Of a DNA stretch of 64,000 nucleotides, positions 11,900 through 26,152 are shown in pieces; positions within the stretch are counted from its first letter, which is position 1, and every line of letters begins with the position of its first letter. This DNA comes from Octopus vulgaris (lineage: Eukaryota). The position numbers were made by a program, and so were the translations under genes. Under the pieces are notes generated by a model. The model worked only from the letters and a program-made list of their open reading frames with translations, searched no databases and was not told the origin of the DNA. The stretch covers positions 103,602,001 to 103,666,000 of the forward strand of contig OX597817.1 of NCBI GenBank assembly GCA_951406725.2. The letters are read 5' to 3'.

Positions 11900-12973
11900 A
11901 TATATATATATATACTCGCGCAGGCAATGCTAGACGCAGGCATGTTTGTGTGGTCAGGAAGTACGCTTCTCAATAATATGATTTCGTGTCCAGTATCTTG
12001 AGCAAGTGTCTTCTCTCAAATTTACTCCCAATGACTTGTTAGTGAATTTAATACACGGAAACTTGCTGATTCCCATTGTACAGATACATACACACGCACA
12101 TCCGTAGATGCGCATACACGCGGCATGACTTTACTCTTCCAGACTGAAACATATTCAGTAATCAATAACTAACAATGCACACAACAGATAGAAAAATACT
12201 TTTAAAAATAAGAAAACTATACTTTACTATTTAATTCTCTGTGTGTGCGTGTGTGTGTGTGGAGAGAAGGAAAGAGAAAAACAGAAGAAGGGAGAGAAAA
12301 GTGACAAAAAGGATGAAAGAGTTTCGAATCATTCTCCTCACCAATTTATCATCAATTTCTTCAATTTTAATATTTTCCCGCTTCTTCAAATGCTTATGCT
12401 TGAAACATCAACATTTGGTAATTTTCACTCTCGAAAATATATTTCTGTAATAACAATTCGGTGAGAAATATGCATTTTTGAAGAGAATTATGAGGAAAAA
12501 AGACTGCGTGGGTGGTAAAGAAGCCAAAACTATTCCAAAAGCATTTTAAAGAATTCTTATCGAAATAATTTTAATATATACCTTCCAGAGCCTAACTTTC
12601 TAAATCTCGTTTATAAACGTTCCCTTCTGACATAGTTATGAGGAAATAAATTAAAAAAATTAATGAGGAAATAAGCTGTAGTCATATTTTTAAAAGCAGT
12701 ATCCCATTTATGAATTATTACATGTTTTAATTAAAAATGGATAAAAAAAGAACTATAATATTTCGGCATGAAATTTATCAATGCTTTCTCCATTTGTTTT
12801 AAATTGATGTGCTATTTGTAACTGTTAATAAAATTGTCAAATTTTTGACGATACGGTAACACTAGAATATACATACATACATACATGCATGCATGCATAT
12901 ATACATATATACATACATACATACATACATGCATGCATGCATATATACATATATACATACATACATACATACA

Positions 12974-13076
<103 letters not shown>

Positions 13077-13162
13077 AAATTCGAGACAAAACCACTATTT
13101 TAAAACCAAACAAGGAAAGACTTAATCAATACATAAAATTTTAATATAAATTAAATAAACCG

Positions 13163-13206
13163 CCACTACAATTGTTTCATGTCTGCTACCGACAATCTTC
13201 AGGTGG
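13163..13206 (-). ncRNA. Type I hammerhead ribozyme with canonical core
   Basis: Reverse complement ccac-CTGAAGA-t tgtc ggtagca gaca t-GAAAC-aatt-GTA-gtgg. Confidence 0.8.
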
Positions 13207-13478
13207 ATTTTCGATCTAAAAATATCAATATTTTAAAATATAATTTAAAATAATTTAAAATAATATAATAATAAAATTATCAATGAAAGAATATAAAAAT
13301 AAAAATATAATCTATATATAATCTATATATAATCTATATATAATCAATATATAATCTAAAATAATCTAAAATAGTGGTTTTGTCTCGAATTATATTATAT
13401 AATATTTTACTATAAAATTGGATTTAACCCTAAATCTGATTTTTCCCTGTAATTTTGGATTCATTCCCTAATATTTAT

Positions 13479-13539
<61 letters not shown>

Positions 13540-13580
13540 TATATACATACATATATATTTTTAATATATATATATATAAG

Positions 13581-13648
<68 letters not shown>

Positions 13649-13660
13649 CGTGTGTGTGTG

Positions 13661-13901
13661 TATACTTTATTAAGAAAGCTGCAAAAACATCACAAAAACT
13701 GTTACTCAGAGTTTCACGTTTCCGTTCATCGGACAGTTTTGGTTTCCAACCGAAACTGTCCGACGAACGTGAACGTGAAACCCTGAGTAACTGTTTTTGC
13801 AATGTCTTTGCAGCTTTATTAATAAAGCATATTACTCTACATCCGGTATTCGAGTACTATCTTTTCCCGCTTTGTTTCACATTTATCTGTTTAATCTGGT
13901 A

Positions 13902-13902
<1 letters not shown>
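13661..13902 (+). mobile_element. Family A hammerhead element with head-to-head pair
   Basis: Motifs at 13699-13736 (-) and 13756-13793 (+). The shared tail aataaagcatattactctac...gtttcacattta ends at (TA)n. Confidence 0.8.
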
Positions 13903-13975
<73 letters not shown>

Positions 13976-14130
13976 CATACATGCATATTTATATTTATAT
14001 ATATATACATACACACACACATATATATACATTCATACATATCTATATTTATATATACGTATTTCTATTTATATGCATACATATATCTATCTGTCTATCA
14101 ATCTATATAAATAAATAAATAGATAAATAA

Positions 14131-14173
<43 letters not shown>

Positions 14174-15521
14174 TAGATAGATATATATATATACATATGT
14201 GTGATGTATATGCGCGTGCGCGCGTAAACATGAATATTAATACATTTCAAATTTCTTTTATCATAGTAATTGATTTTACTAAAATGTTTTTGAAACTGAT
14301 CTTACTCTATCAAAAATAGTAAATGAAAATATAAATGTTTAATAGCTTCAGAGAATGAAAATCAAAAACTGATTTCCTGAGAGTTTCTGCAAGACTAGAA
14401 TAACAGTCAAATTGCCAGTAGGCTTTATTTTTATCGTGTTGTAATATAGCATCTTCTAAAATTCTAGTTATAGTTAACTTGCAACTACCCTTTCTCACAA
14501 CAGTAGCGACTTCCTTATAGAAAAAATAGTTATATCTTATTGGTGCCGAAAGCAATAATTAAGGGAAGAATGGCTTTCTGCTCTGATATAAATTCCACAA
14601 AACTATATTCGATTTTTCATGAAGATATTTCTGAATTTTAAAAGCTATTTTTCAAAGTGATTTGAAAGTTTTCATTATTATATTTTTGCTATCGTTTTGA
14701 TTTACTATAATTTATTAACTGAATATTAATGATTTTTTTTCTTTTGCTTGTTTTTGTTTTTTGTTAGGAGAAATAGTTGTTTTATTAACATATTTCTTTG
14801 ACACCAGGCAAATTGTCATACATTTGTGATATGATTACATATCGGCATTCATTAGAAGAGTTTCTTTTTTCTTATATGAAATAACGATATTTTTTTCAAA
14901 TAATTCTTTTGCTCATGTGCTTATTTTACAATGTATTACTTCGCCAGGTCGTTAAACTACTTAAATAAAATATATCTGCACACGGATCTGTGAACAAGCA
15001 ATGTTTTAACAAGTTTGACTTCAGTGAACTCTATAACTCACAATCTACAGCATTTTCTTTTGAGTAACGATGTAAAATAGCAATATTTCAACTTGGAAAA
15101 ATTACTAACGTAACTTAATTTCAACCAGACACTGCGGTGGAACAAGAGAGAAGTAAGCAAAGGATTATTGCACTATCAACAACGGACTTAAAAGTAAAGA
15201 CAAGTAACAATTTCTTCTACTTCGCCCAATTACTCCTGAATGGGTCGTGGGAGCAGAGTCTTAAAGCATACGTTCCATCAAGTTCTGTCAAAAGCAACCG
15301 GCTCCAATTGATCCGGCTAAATCTTAGTCGAGACCAACCGAGCACTTGGACGTCATCCAACCATCTTGCTCGTGGTCTTCACCTGCTTGTTGGTTTCATT
15401 CATAAAACCTGTCCAGTTTTCCGGTTTTGCAACCTTCCACCTTTTATATCTACTTCCTTCTCGCCTTTTCTCGTTTTTTTTTCCTCATCCTGTTTTTAGC
15501 TTGTTATGCCATGTGGACACA

Positions 15522-15604
15522 ACCTGATGATTGCACTAAAGCACCAGACGTGTTAAAAAATGCTGTCTGAGCTGCTTTCATAGCATGAAACTAATAGTAG
15601 CTCA
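15522..15604 (+). ncRNA. Hammerhead motif with long helix II (family C)
   Basis: CTGATGA-tgc..aaagca.cagac...gtctg..tgcttt..gca-GAAActaatagTA-gctc. Confidence 0.6.
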
Positions 15605-16019
15605 TAAAAACATATTGTGTTCATTAAATAATATGCATGTATATATATATATATATATAAAAAGAAGCAAAGAACTTTAGTTTCCTTCCTTTATAACACA
15701 TACATACACACACACACACACACTCTCTCTCCCCTCCTCTTCTCCTCTCCTTCCTTCTCCCCCTTCTCTCCCCTCCTCTTCTCCTCTCCTTCCTTCTCCC
15801 CTTCCCCCTCCTCTTCTCCTCTTTCCTTCTCCCCTCTTCTCCCCTTTCTTTCTCCCCCCTCCCCTCACCTCCCCCTCTTCCCTCATCTCCTCTCTTTACA
15901 CTACACCATACGACTTTACACATCACATCATATATACATACACACGTCCAGACCTCTCATACGCACTAATACTCTCTCATACACACACACACTCTTCTCA
16001 TACACACACACACACTCTT

Positions 16020-16540
16020 ATGTTGGAGCGAGGTCATTTAACCCTATTATCTCCCCTAATTTCGCTCTTGCGTCTCACGTTTGATCTTTGACTTCTGGCC
16101 GAAATCAGATCGCCATGTTGATTCGCTAGCCTCTGCACGCATATTTTTTTCTCTCCTTCTTTCTGTGTTTTTTCTCTGTGTATCTTTCTTTTGAAGAGCG
16201 TAGGCTCGAAACGTTAAAGACTTGCTTTATTTATATTTCCTGAGCGCCATACTAATACAATTGTTTGTTTGTATTCCACCTGCCTTCGTCTTTTGTTTAT
16301 TTCCGTAAACCTGCCTTCGTCTTTTGTCTATTTTCATAAAGCTTCCCGTTATATATATATATATATAGGGAGAGTTTACGAAGACAGGTGGTGTACAAAA
16401 CAAACAGATATATTAGTATAACGCTCAGGAATAGAAAAAGTATTTTACGTTTCGAGCCTACACTCTTCTACAGAAAGGGACACAGAAAAAACAAGGAGAG
16501 AAAAAATGTGTGTAGTGGCTAACAATCTATTATGGCAATC
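16020..16540. mobile_element. Two family B hammerhead-type elements tail-to-tail around (TA)n
   Basis: Degenerate motif at 16183-16220 (+) and reverse-complement copy at ~16443-16479. Homologous tails converge on (TA)n at 16350-16367. Confidence 0.65.
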
Positions 16541-16922
16541 TATAAAGGAAAGAAACTAATGTTTTTTGTTTCTTTTTATTTTTACCAGTATAAGATAATT
16601 CAACAAAATAATGCATCACTTGCATTTTACGAAGAAGCTTTTAGTTTTCCACGTAGATTTGAACTGTTGATCACTACCGTCAATAGTTTTGAATCAGTTT
16701 CAAATGAGCTTTTGAGATTTACACGAACACATCCTAATCTTTTGATTTTAAAACTCGAATTGATTCATGTAAAATCGAATAACTCTTTATGTTATTCAAA
16801 CTTAATAGATTATTTATTTCGGAATTTTATACGTAATTCTTTATATATATGCCAAATTAAAAATATCCATTTGTTTTGTAAGATTGTTGATGTTAAATCG
16901 TGTGTTGAAACAGATATTGTTA

Positions 16923-17149
16923 TACTTAGGACGGTCATATTTTGCCAATTAAACACACGCACGATATATTTCAGCTTTATTAAGTAGAACAAGAGGAAAC
17001 ACGTGGGACAGAAATTCCTTGAGGAGATTACAACATGTGTGACGAAAGAACTTTGAAAAAGAAACTGAAATGATAATAATAAAGCTGAAGTGAAGACCAA
17101 ATATATAGTGCGCGTGTTTAATTGGCAAAATATGACAATCCCCATGTAT
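16923..17149. mobile_element. MITE-like element with long terminal inverted repeats
   Basis: gtcatattttgccaattaaacacacgcac versus gtgcgcgtgtttaattggcaaaatatgac. TA at both ends. Confidence 0.75.
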
Positions 17150-17653
17150 AGCTATAGAAAACTATCCACTTTTGTGGAAACACTTATTAATAAATACATC
17201 ACTGTTCGTTGCTATGCATCGATGCGAAACTCTAGGAAAATTTTCTGAAGGTAAATGATCCCGAGAAATTAATCATATCAACAACATTTAGAAATGAGAG
17301 AAGTTCGTCAAGTTTCATTTTCAGTAATGAATTTTATTTTAAAGTCAATAACTTCCATTTGCATTTTCATGATTTCGTTTTACACTAAACAAAATGGGTT
17401 TTTAAATGAACGTTTACAGTCTTCATTATTTCACAGAATCATGAAAACAACTTTTAAATGTTTCTTGCAATAACCTGAATTTTTAAAAAACATTCTGTAA
17501 AGCTGTAATTTTCTTCTGTACAGAAAAGAAACTACTGGCACAAATTCTCATTTTCTAACTGAAGGATGAACAACTTTAATTTCACCTTAAATACAGGGAT
17601 ATATCATTTACTAAGCTAGGAAATAGTTTGCTATTGCTCTGCAATTTCAAATT

Positions 17654-18896
17654 TAGAGGGTCGGCTGAAAATTTCATAGGCTGACCAAGATACTTTCATG
17701 AAATGTGACCAAATGAAGTTTATCTTTTTAACTTACCCCACCCCTTTGCATACCACACAGTTCTATCGGTGCAGAAGCTTTCATCTTGTTAGTCAAAAAC
17801 GTCATCAACAACAGATATGAGGTTCCCGGAAAAGTGTGGAAGGTTAATGTTAGGGAACAGATGATAGTCAGATGGGGCCAAATCAGGAGAATAGGAACGG
17901 TGATCAACTAGTTCAAAGCAACAGCCACACACAACAGCCATTGAATGAAAGGACTTGTGCGCGTGAGCATTGTTCTGATAAAATATGACCCCTTTCATCA
18001 GTTTCCTTGGCGCTTGGTCTTGATAATAGTCTTTCATAGCTGCCTCACCAAATTGGCATAGAACACTCCATTGAGGGTGTGACCCTTTTGAAGACAATCA
18101 ATAAACACAATGCCTTTTGCATCAAAGAAAACTGAGATCATCACCTTCCTTGCAGATAAAATTAACTTGGCCGTCTTTGGAGCAGGTAAGTAGAAGTATT
18201 TCAACTACGTGGATTGTTTCTTTGTTTCTGGCTCAAAGTGATGAACTCATCTCGGGTTAAGAAACTTTCAAAGAAACCAGCTGGATCTGCCTGAAACAAT
18301 GTTAGATTTCCTTGTTATGCGATCAGCCTAGTGTGCTTTTGATCTGATGTCAGAAAACGTAGCAACACCAAGCAGAAACCGTTGTCGTGCCAAGTTCATT
18401 GTGCAGAATATTTTCAACTCTCTCACAGGATATGCTAATAGCATTGGCAATTTGATTTATAGTCAATCGCCTGTCATGCATCACCTTGTAGGGAATGCGA
18501 TCAATGTTTTCATCGGTGGTGGCAATTACAGAACGTCCAGACGTTGTGTCATCTTCAAGACTCTCCTTTCTTCTCCTAAATTCAGCTGCCCACTGTTGAT
18601 ACAACTAGAGCGTCATCCCCTAATGTAGCAAACATGTCAGTATGGATGTACTTGGGGTTGCTAATCCCTTTTCTGCAGGTACCTGATAACACCGCAATAC
18701 AAAATTTTGCCGATTTTCAAGCAAAGTTGCTACTAGTTACTTTTGGACTCTTCTTCGAACAGTCAGATGCAAGTTTATCTAGAAATAAAAAATCCAATTA
18801 TTAATACAAAGAGTTGAGATTAACGCATGAAAGATTTCACAGCTCTAGCAGCACTCTTTCATAGTCAGCATATGGACTTTTCAGCCCACACTCGTA
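17654..18896 (-). mobile_element. Mariner (DD34D) transposon, full-length but degraded
   Basis: TIRs ggctgaaaatttcataggctgac / gtcagcatatggacttttcagccc with TA ends. Reads WAAEFRRRKESLEDD..SGR, QNNAHAH, YSPDLAPSDYHLF. Frameshifted. Confidence 0.92.
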
Positions 18897-19009
18897 GTTA
18901 TGTCAAATGAAAATGCTAAATGAAATAACTCCTTGTTATCATATAAAAGGTCTCTTTCTTCAGTTAGCTCATTTTTCTCTAGAGGTTTATGAATAAAATT
19001 TTACAGTTT

Positions 19010-19640
19010 ACAAAATTAACTTACAGCCTGTCTCTCAAAAGCGTATCTCATAATGCTCACTTGTATTCCAAATATATCATTTTGCAATATTCTCTGAGTT
19101 TTCGTCTGCTGTCGGCAGTTTCAGAAGAATTCTGCACAGCAACACTTGTTCTATAATGCAGTGCTATTTTATTTGAGGACTAACTCAGTCCCACTATCCT
19201 GTTAATGATGGACGGAGCCACATCAGTACAAATGCTAAGAAATATACTGAAATTTATTTGCTGATTTTTGAAGTATGGCTTTCAAGATAAAGTTTGGATT
19301 TTGCCTTTTTTTCGTGAAGTGACTCAAGACCGTAAGTTCTTCAGATATGTTAAAGTTATCATCAGTTCCTCTTATAAAAAAATTTCCAGCTGAAGTATAT
19401 CATATATGTCGGTAGATTTGTCTACAGTACAAACATAGAAAAGATCTCAGCTGTCTCGTAAGAGTTTTTCAGTGAGTCTTCTTTTGTTTGCTTTCATAGA
19501 GCAATTTCGTCTACCTTTCTCTCGAGATTCTTTAATTACCAAGACATTTTGTAAATATGTAACAATTTCTTCTCCATAAGAGAAAAGCATCCGATTTTTG
19601 ATTAGCACAAAAGTATTTTCATAAAACACTTCATCGTTAA
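19010..19640 (-). mobile_element. hAT (Charlie/Buster-like) transposase relic
   Basis: Minus strand reads SICTDVAPSI and HCII, matching the CTDGAPSM and HCxxH motifs. Many stops. Confidence 0.7.
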
Positions 19641-21765
19641 CCTTTCAAAACTTCTTTCGAGAAACAGCTTATCTTTTATTTTATACTTTTTCTAAATCAC
19701 GTATTTTATCCCTTAACTCAGACACAAATAGTAGCTACAGATTTTCTATTTTAAATAAGAACCCATTTTCTCAGTATTTATTGAACTCAAGCTAGCTATC
19801 ACTTTCTACTTTCTTTGCTTATCTTCTTTTGAACTGTGAAGTAAAAACAAGGCATAGATTTAGAGAAAAGAAATACGAATCTGTAAATGTTCACAAAGGG
19901 CGAAAAAGTTCAAATGTGTTGGAGTTTGAACTATGAACAAAAAGCTGCGGTAAGAGAAGAATGTAGTTGACTAGAGTGTTTGTTGATATTGCGCATATTC
20001 ACTGGTGTTCAATGCACTATTTCAAATCATCTAATGTACCATACGTTGCAGGTCAGTCTTGACCCACGGAAACTCTTTTAGTGGCCATAAACAGGCCTAC
20101 TACGAGATTCTAACAATGTGTCTTCGTTTGTTATTATGAACAAATATGTTATGTCTAAAATTTGTGCATGCATTCCCAGTAAACACCTTAGGTCTTATTT
20201 AAAGAAAAAGAAGACTTTGGAGAAACTAGTGATGGTTTGCGTTTGCAAAAAAGAAAAGAACCTAGTGAGTAAAGTTCTTAAATAATTTTATGCGTTGCGA
20301 GGAAAAGTGAGATTCTATGGGGTAGGGGGGGAATGTACTTTTGTCACAAGGGAAATTACGAGTTAACGATATCGAAAAAAATATATAGTGAAACTTTACA
20401 TTAAATACGCATTGCCTGATATTTCACTATATCATACATGATTTAATATTTTTTCAAAATCAAGAATAATAAATATTAAGTCAATGTGGCAATCAATCAA
20501 TACAGAAGCTTACTTTCTCATTACAGCTTTCATGTGAAACGTTGATCGTCAACTATGTTTTTAGTTTCGTGACTAAATATACTTCGATCTATTTTACTTA
20601 TCTCAGACAAAAGCTTATTTGTGAGTTCTTTCATTTTGTAACTGCCATGACGGTTTTCGTTGAGAGATTTAGTTGGACGTTTTTACATTCAAATGATTCA
20701 CTTTTTTGATAGAATTTAACTCTGTTGAAAATTGTTTATTCGTTTTAAAAGAAATATGTTGAATCATATCATAACAATGAAGTATATCTAAAACCACAAT
20801 AAATGCTTTAGTATAAAACCTAATATAAAATATATTACACACAAATTATTGCTAGAAATAAGATATTTGCTTGAATTAGTGTTATATTCTTGATGCCAGC
20901 TTTGAAATTAGTTTATAACATGAATTCATTTTTTTACGCCCTGGTTTAGTGATTTGTTCTTAGAATAAAGGACACATTTGATAAAGTAGCCCCAAATATA
21001 CCCCTAAAACCAAGGTGGTGTCAAGTTTTTTAATGGCTTTGATCATATATATGCTTGATAATTAGCAACACCGTCTTGGCTTAGTTTCCTTTTTTTTTTT
21101 TTTGATAAAAAGAAAACAATTACACTAGAATCATAAGATTTGCCGCTAATGAGATTTACCCATTCAAGACTTACATATATCAATGTTATTTTATTGCGGC
21201 ATGTATATGCATATTTTTGCTAAAGCTGCTCCAAATTATAATTGAGGTGATACACAAAAGTGGCTTCGTAAGAAATTAGTTTCTATGTAGTATTATCAAT
21301 CCATCTTGCAGTAGTAGAATATCAGGTGCAGATATGTTTTAGGAGCTGCTGGCGTTCTAATAAGTAAAAGTCGGAAACTTTTGCCTTTTAAATCACCACA
21401 AACTCTTCAATGTACATATCGTAAAGGTTACCTGTTCTAAACTAGACAACTGAAAGCGTATCATCAAAAAGTATACTCTAGCAACCCATACGTAAATATC
21501 GAAGTTGAGTCGCTTATCCAGTGGGAAATTCTATTCCCTAAAGCAGTAGCGTATAGAGCGGTACTCATTCCACCAGATGTTATCCAGAGGAACTACAGGG
21601 GATTACCACCAATGGCTAAAAAGATCGGTAGAACCAACATTTGCACTACTTTAGGTTCAGAAACAGGCTAAGCTTCTTTTCGGTCTCGTTCTAACTGAAC
21701 GCTTAGAACCTAAGACTTAACTGTCCTACTATAATTCCATACTCTAGCATGAACAATTAAGGCTA

Positions 21766-21827
<62 letters not shown>

Positions 21828-21829
21828 AT

Positions 21830-22478
21830 AGAACTCTACCCGTAAATTTTTTCTTTAAAAAATATACCTATCCCGACGCAGAAACAATACCTCAAAAGCC
21901 TAGTTAAGGAACAGCGGATTCTCGAAGATCCAGTATAGTCAAAGTACTACTAGCAATAATAGAACTCGTAGAACTAGAACTAGGAAAGTTTTATGGTTTA
22001 ATACGGTATTTAACACTGCAGTAAAAACTAATATAGGTAGAGAATTCTTGAAACTAGTTTTCTAGATACTTCCAAGAAAACCATAATTTCTATAGAAATT
22101 TTAATAGAAGAACACTTAAGATTAGCCATTCATGTTGCAAGAGCTTTGACTCTTTAATTAACCAGCACTACACGAAAACTATTAGAAGCAACCACAGTGC
22201 CGGAAGTAACCAAAAAATTTGCAATTGTAAAGATCAAAGTTGCTGTCCGTTAAGAGAAATTTGACTAGAGAAAGGAGTTTATAATGCTAAGGCTCACAAA
22301 AATACAAAACGTATACAGGAGCTTCGGAAAATTCCTTTAAGACTAGACTATATTCCCATCAAAATTCATCTCTATACCCTGAAAATAGGAGAGCAACGAG
22401 TCTTGCCAAACATGTCTGGCATTTAAAAGAAAATGATACCCGTCCTTTCAGTATCAGCTGGACGATCTTGGATCGTGG
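21830..22478 (+). mobile_element. Penelope-like GIY-YIG relic interrupted by a second Penelope-like element
   Basis: Reads CNCKDQSCCPL...YTGASENSFKTRLYSHQNS...RATSLAKHVWHLKEN...ISWTILDR. Confidence 0.8.
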
Positions 22479-23800
22479 GTAACGCCAAAACAATGCGAAA
22501 TAAATGCAAAGTAAATCGCAAGAAAACAAATATGTGAATTAATGTAGACTTACCTTGTATTCAATATTTCGAGGTTATGACCCCGTTTTCAAGAAATTGA
22601 CGAATGTTGCCGATGTATGCGTGTGTGAGCATGTGTGGAATGGACATGCGCAGAATGGTGTTGCTATAGCAAAAAAGCTAGCTTCCTGTAACTCCCTTCT
22701 ATTGTTGATCTTAGGTTTCTTTTGCTGTGTGAGGATAGCTTCAGAGATTCTAAGGTTCCCCCTGTTCCGGAGCTTAAATAACACCGACATAAACATCAAT
22801 TTCGAGATTGAACATCCAGACGAATTCGGAACCCTCTCTCTACTCCACTTCTAACTCAAGATCGTAGAGGAATGCTCCATATTTACCAAATTCTATAGAA
22901 AAGCCACTAATAGAAAACTTTTCGTACACTACCAATCAGCCTTACCCACCAGAGCCAAAGCTGCATATATGAGAAACGAGATCGGACGTATTGGACGTAT
23001 AAACAACAATTGCAGCAACGTGACCAACAAAGTCGTCAACACCAAACAGTTCCTCAGAGACCTAGCCCTGAATGGCTGTCCACCATCTTTAGCCAAACAA
23101 CGGTGCCTGAAGAACATCAAGGCCAATGAACCCCGGAAGAAGCATCATACTCCCAAGTCCGGCACGTGCTTCCTAAAGCTACCACATTTCGACGACAGAA
23201 CTACTGCAGCTACACAACACGCAGTCCGCAGGGAAGGACTCGACATACAGATAGTGCACACCGGCCCTTTCTTGAGAAAAGCTCTCTCTAAGAACAACGC
23301 CTCTCACTACTCTGAGGAGTGCACATTGTCGAACTATCCCATCAATGACCCTGAATTGTGCCAGAGGATCTACGTTGCATATGAGATGAGAACATCTGTG
23401 GCAAATATGGCGCATACTACATCGGAAGAAAACTGCATATACGCATTAAGGAACACATGCAGGCAGACACTTCCGTGAAGAAACTTCTACCGAAAGCCAG
23501 ACCCAGGATTTCTCAGTGCACATCAAGGCAACACAGTAGAACAGGGCAACCTCTGAGGCCGTCCTCATACACCAAAAGAAACCTAATATCAACAATGGAA
23601 GGGAGTTACAGGAAGCTAGCTGGTTGCTATAGCAACACCCTTCTGTGCATGTCCACTCCACACGCGCTCGCACACACGCACATCGGTAATATTCGTCATA
23701 ACCCCGAAATATTGAATACAAGGTAAGTCTACATTAATTCGCATATTTGTTTTCTTGTGATTTACCTTGCATTTACTTCGCATTGTTTTGGCCTTACCCA
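22476..23800 (+). mobile_element. Penelope-like retroelement, 5'-truncated, with ~250-bp inverted terminal segments
   Basis: Reads ININFEIEHP..GTLSLL, TKFYRKATN..FVHYQSALP, FLKLPHF, C..CP....LC, RIKEH. 22476-22745 is the reverse complement of 23550-23800. Confidence 0.88.
22559..22596 (-). ncRNA. Hammerhead-like motif, U3-A8 variant, in the Penelope inverted arm
   Basis: Reverse complement ttc-TTGAAAA-c gggg tcataa cctc-GAAA-tat-T-gaa. The core is deleted in the + strand arm near 23695. Confidence 0.45.
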
Positions 23801-23929
23801 CATTCCTTTATACAATATATTCTACACAATGTTTCATAGTAATTATTCTATTATAATATGTGTTTGTGTGTGTGTGTCTGTGTAAATACATCAGTATATT
23901 TATTCATATATTGAGCTGGCCGTGAGAAA

Positions 23930-25300
23930 AGTAGGGTCCATCAGATGAAGTCCAATTACTTTCAATGATTGTCTTTGGGACTTATTTATTGATTGACATA
24001 GCATGGCTCACTCTCACTGGAAACTGAAGTCTTTTGAACTCAAAAAGAAAATCTGGAGGAATTAAAGGGATTCTTGGAATAAAACTCTTTCCTTCTTTCC
24101 TGGATCAGTAAGGATCTCTGCTTCCAAGAGATGAGGAAGCATCTTATTGACAATTAACCTTATTCCATTACAAAGCTTTGGAGGATCCAGATTTCTCAAT
24201 AGCGTAACTGGCACAATTTCTTTTAGTTTCAGCTTGTGTGACGGCATTCAATGTGTTCAGGAATTCTATTGGATAATTCACTGCCTGCTCTTGTTCAACC
24301 ACAGTATCAATGGAAAAGTACTTCATCCTTTCTTTTGGAATTTCTTGGAGAAGTTTCCAGTTGATGATAATGAAGCCTTGGATATTTGAAACTAACACTT
24401 CACAACCTTTTGGGAGATATATCGGCATATTTGAAACTTTTGAACTCCATTTTGATTTTCCAGATCAAATACTGCTTAGTCACTTCCTTTAATATATTTA
24501 CATACATATTTAATTGACTTGTTACTGTTGTAGTACTATTTATGTGAGCACCAAATATTTTGCTGAGCAGTGGGCAAAAAGGAACAAACCAACAATTGTC
24601 AATGACAATTTCTTGTCCTCTTTCATTCAGAGTGAAAGTGTAATCTCCATTTTCTAGCTTTCTTCTTTTGTATTTTGGAGAGCCATCAAGATCAAACTGA
24701 GTCTCTGGTAAACTCCATTGGAAATTCTTTGCTGTACTTGTCAATCATGCAAGGAAATTCTGGATTGAGAGAACCACATGGGTCGTGAATCATGTTCTTT
24801 TTGATCATTTCAAAAAGGACTGGATCTTCAGTGGTATTTGGAATTGCTCTCCTGGATGCAGCTTGGTGCTGAGTTTGAGGGTCTCTAAGTCTGCATATTC
24901 TCAGCATTGGATGTTCTCGATGCTGCGTTTTCAGGTGTTTCTGATACCCTTTCTCTACTTTAATAACAGTATTTGACGCTCTTCTGAAAGCAGCTTGTTC
25001 AGGAATTTGAGAGTCCCTAATTCTTTGCATATTCTCAGCATTGGAATCTCTCCTTGTTGCCGTTTGATCTGGGTTTTCATATACACGGGACTTTCATTTC
25101 CTCGCTGCAGCCTTGGCTCTTTTGATTGCAATCTGGTCCTCTGTTGGCGGAGATTTCTTTTTGCGAGGCATTCTGCTGCTGTATGTGATAGACAACATTA
25201 AACTGCAGAAGAACTCGAAACTGATCACTGTATTTAAGTATTGTCTTAATATTTAAGCTTACCTTTAAAAAGTTCAACGATAATTCTTCTGTCGCCACCT
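23930..25300 (-). mobile_element. Helitron Rep/Pif1-helicase relic, internally deleted
   Basis: Reads MIHDPCGSLNPEFPCMID, DGSPKYKRR, IDNCWFVPFCPLLSKIFGAHIN, YPIEFLN, LLRNLDPPKLCNGIRL, FKRLQFPV. Confidence 0.92.
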
Positions 25301-25960
25301 AATTTGAAGACAATTTGATGTACGTAGGTCCTTACTTTTTGTACAAATAATTATTTCTATTTCATGGGTGACTTTCGCTGGATTTCGCAATTAATTTCGA
25401 TTATTCCCAAATTTATTTCCAAATTATAAAAATTGTTATCGTAAAAAAAAAAATTGTTATCGTACAAAAAAGTTTGTCGCAAAAAATCACGTAAAGAAAT
25501 CGCCGAAGACAATCGCAGTAGCGAAAACTTGGAAATCCAATATTTCAGGATAGCGAGTCCGGATTCATTCCGGAATATTTTTAATTTACTGACATAGTCG
25601 GTCTGATTCCAAAATGGTATGATACGTTGGGCTACGGTTTCTAAAAGTAAATTTGAAAAAAACGTGACACACTGACATTTACATTTATTATTATTAAATT
25701 AATTATTTTACCATTAATTAATTTATTCTGGATTTTTATATTTATTTCCTTTTAACTACTGTTCCTTTTGAAATTTTGATTTTTCATTTAAGGTTTTCTT
25801 CGATTTTAAATAATATGATTTTTAAACTTATCAACTTGGTTAGAAAAAACCGTTAGTTGAAACGACCAATGAAAAGAAACCAATTTCAAATGTGTATCTG
25901 TGAATGTCAATTGTATATTTTATACATACAAACTTAATTTTGTTCCATTCTTGATCTACA

Positions 25961-26116
25961 CTGTCCGATGAACGGGAGCGTGAAACTTTGAGTAGCAGTT
26001 TTTGTGATTTTTTGTAATGATTTTGCTGCTCTGATAATAATAAAGCATATTACTCTACCTCCGGTATTCGAGTACTATTTTTTCCCACCTTGTTTCACAT
26101 TTATGTGCTTACTTTG

Positions 26117-26118
<2 letters not shown>
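25961..26118 (+). mobile_element. Family A hammerhead element, single copy
   Basis: ctgt-CCGATGA-acg ggag cgt-GAAA-ctttgag-TA-gcag plus the shared tail, ending at (TG)n(TA)n. Confidence 0.75.
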
Positions 26119-26147
<29 letters not shown>

Positions 26148-26152
26148 CAAAA

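Noticed and set aside
14310-14555. 81-aa minus-strand ORF in unique-looking DNA
   Set aside because: No known motif and no clear donor site.
20193-20263. Short + strand exon candidate ending at GTGAGT
   Set aside because: The acceptor and frame are ambiguous and nothing supports homology.
21441-21671. Stop-free 76-codon + frame (TRQLKAYHQKVYSSNPY...)
   Set aside because: No recognisable homology and weak splice signals. It could be chance.
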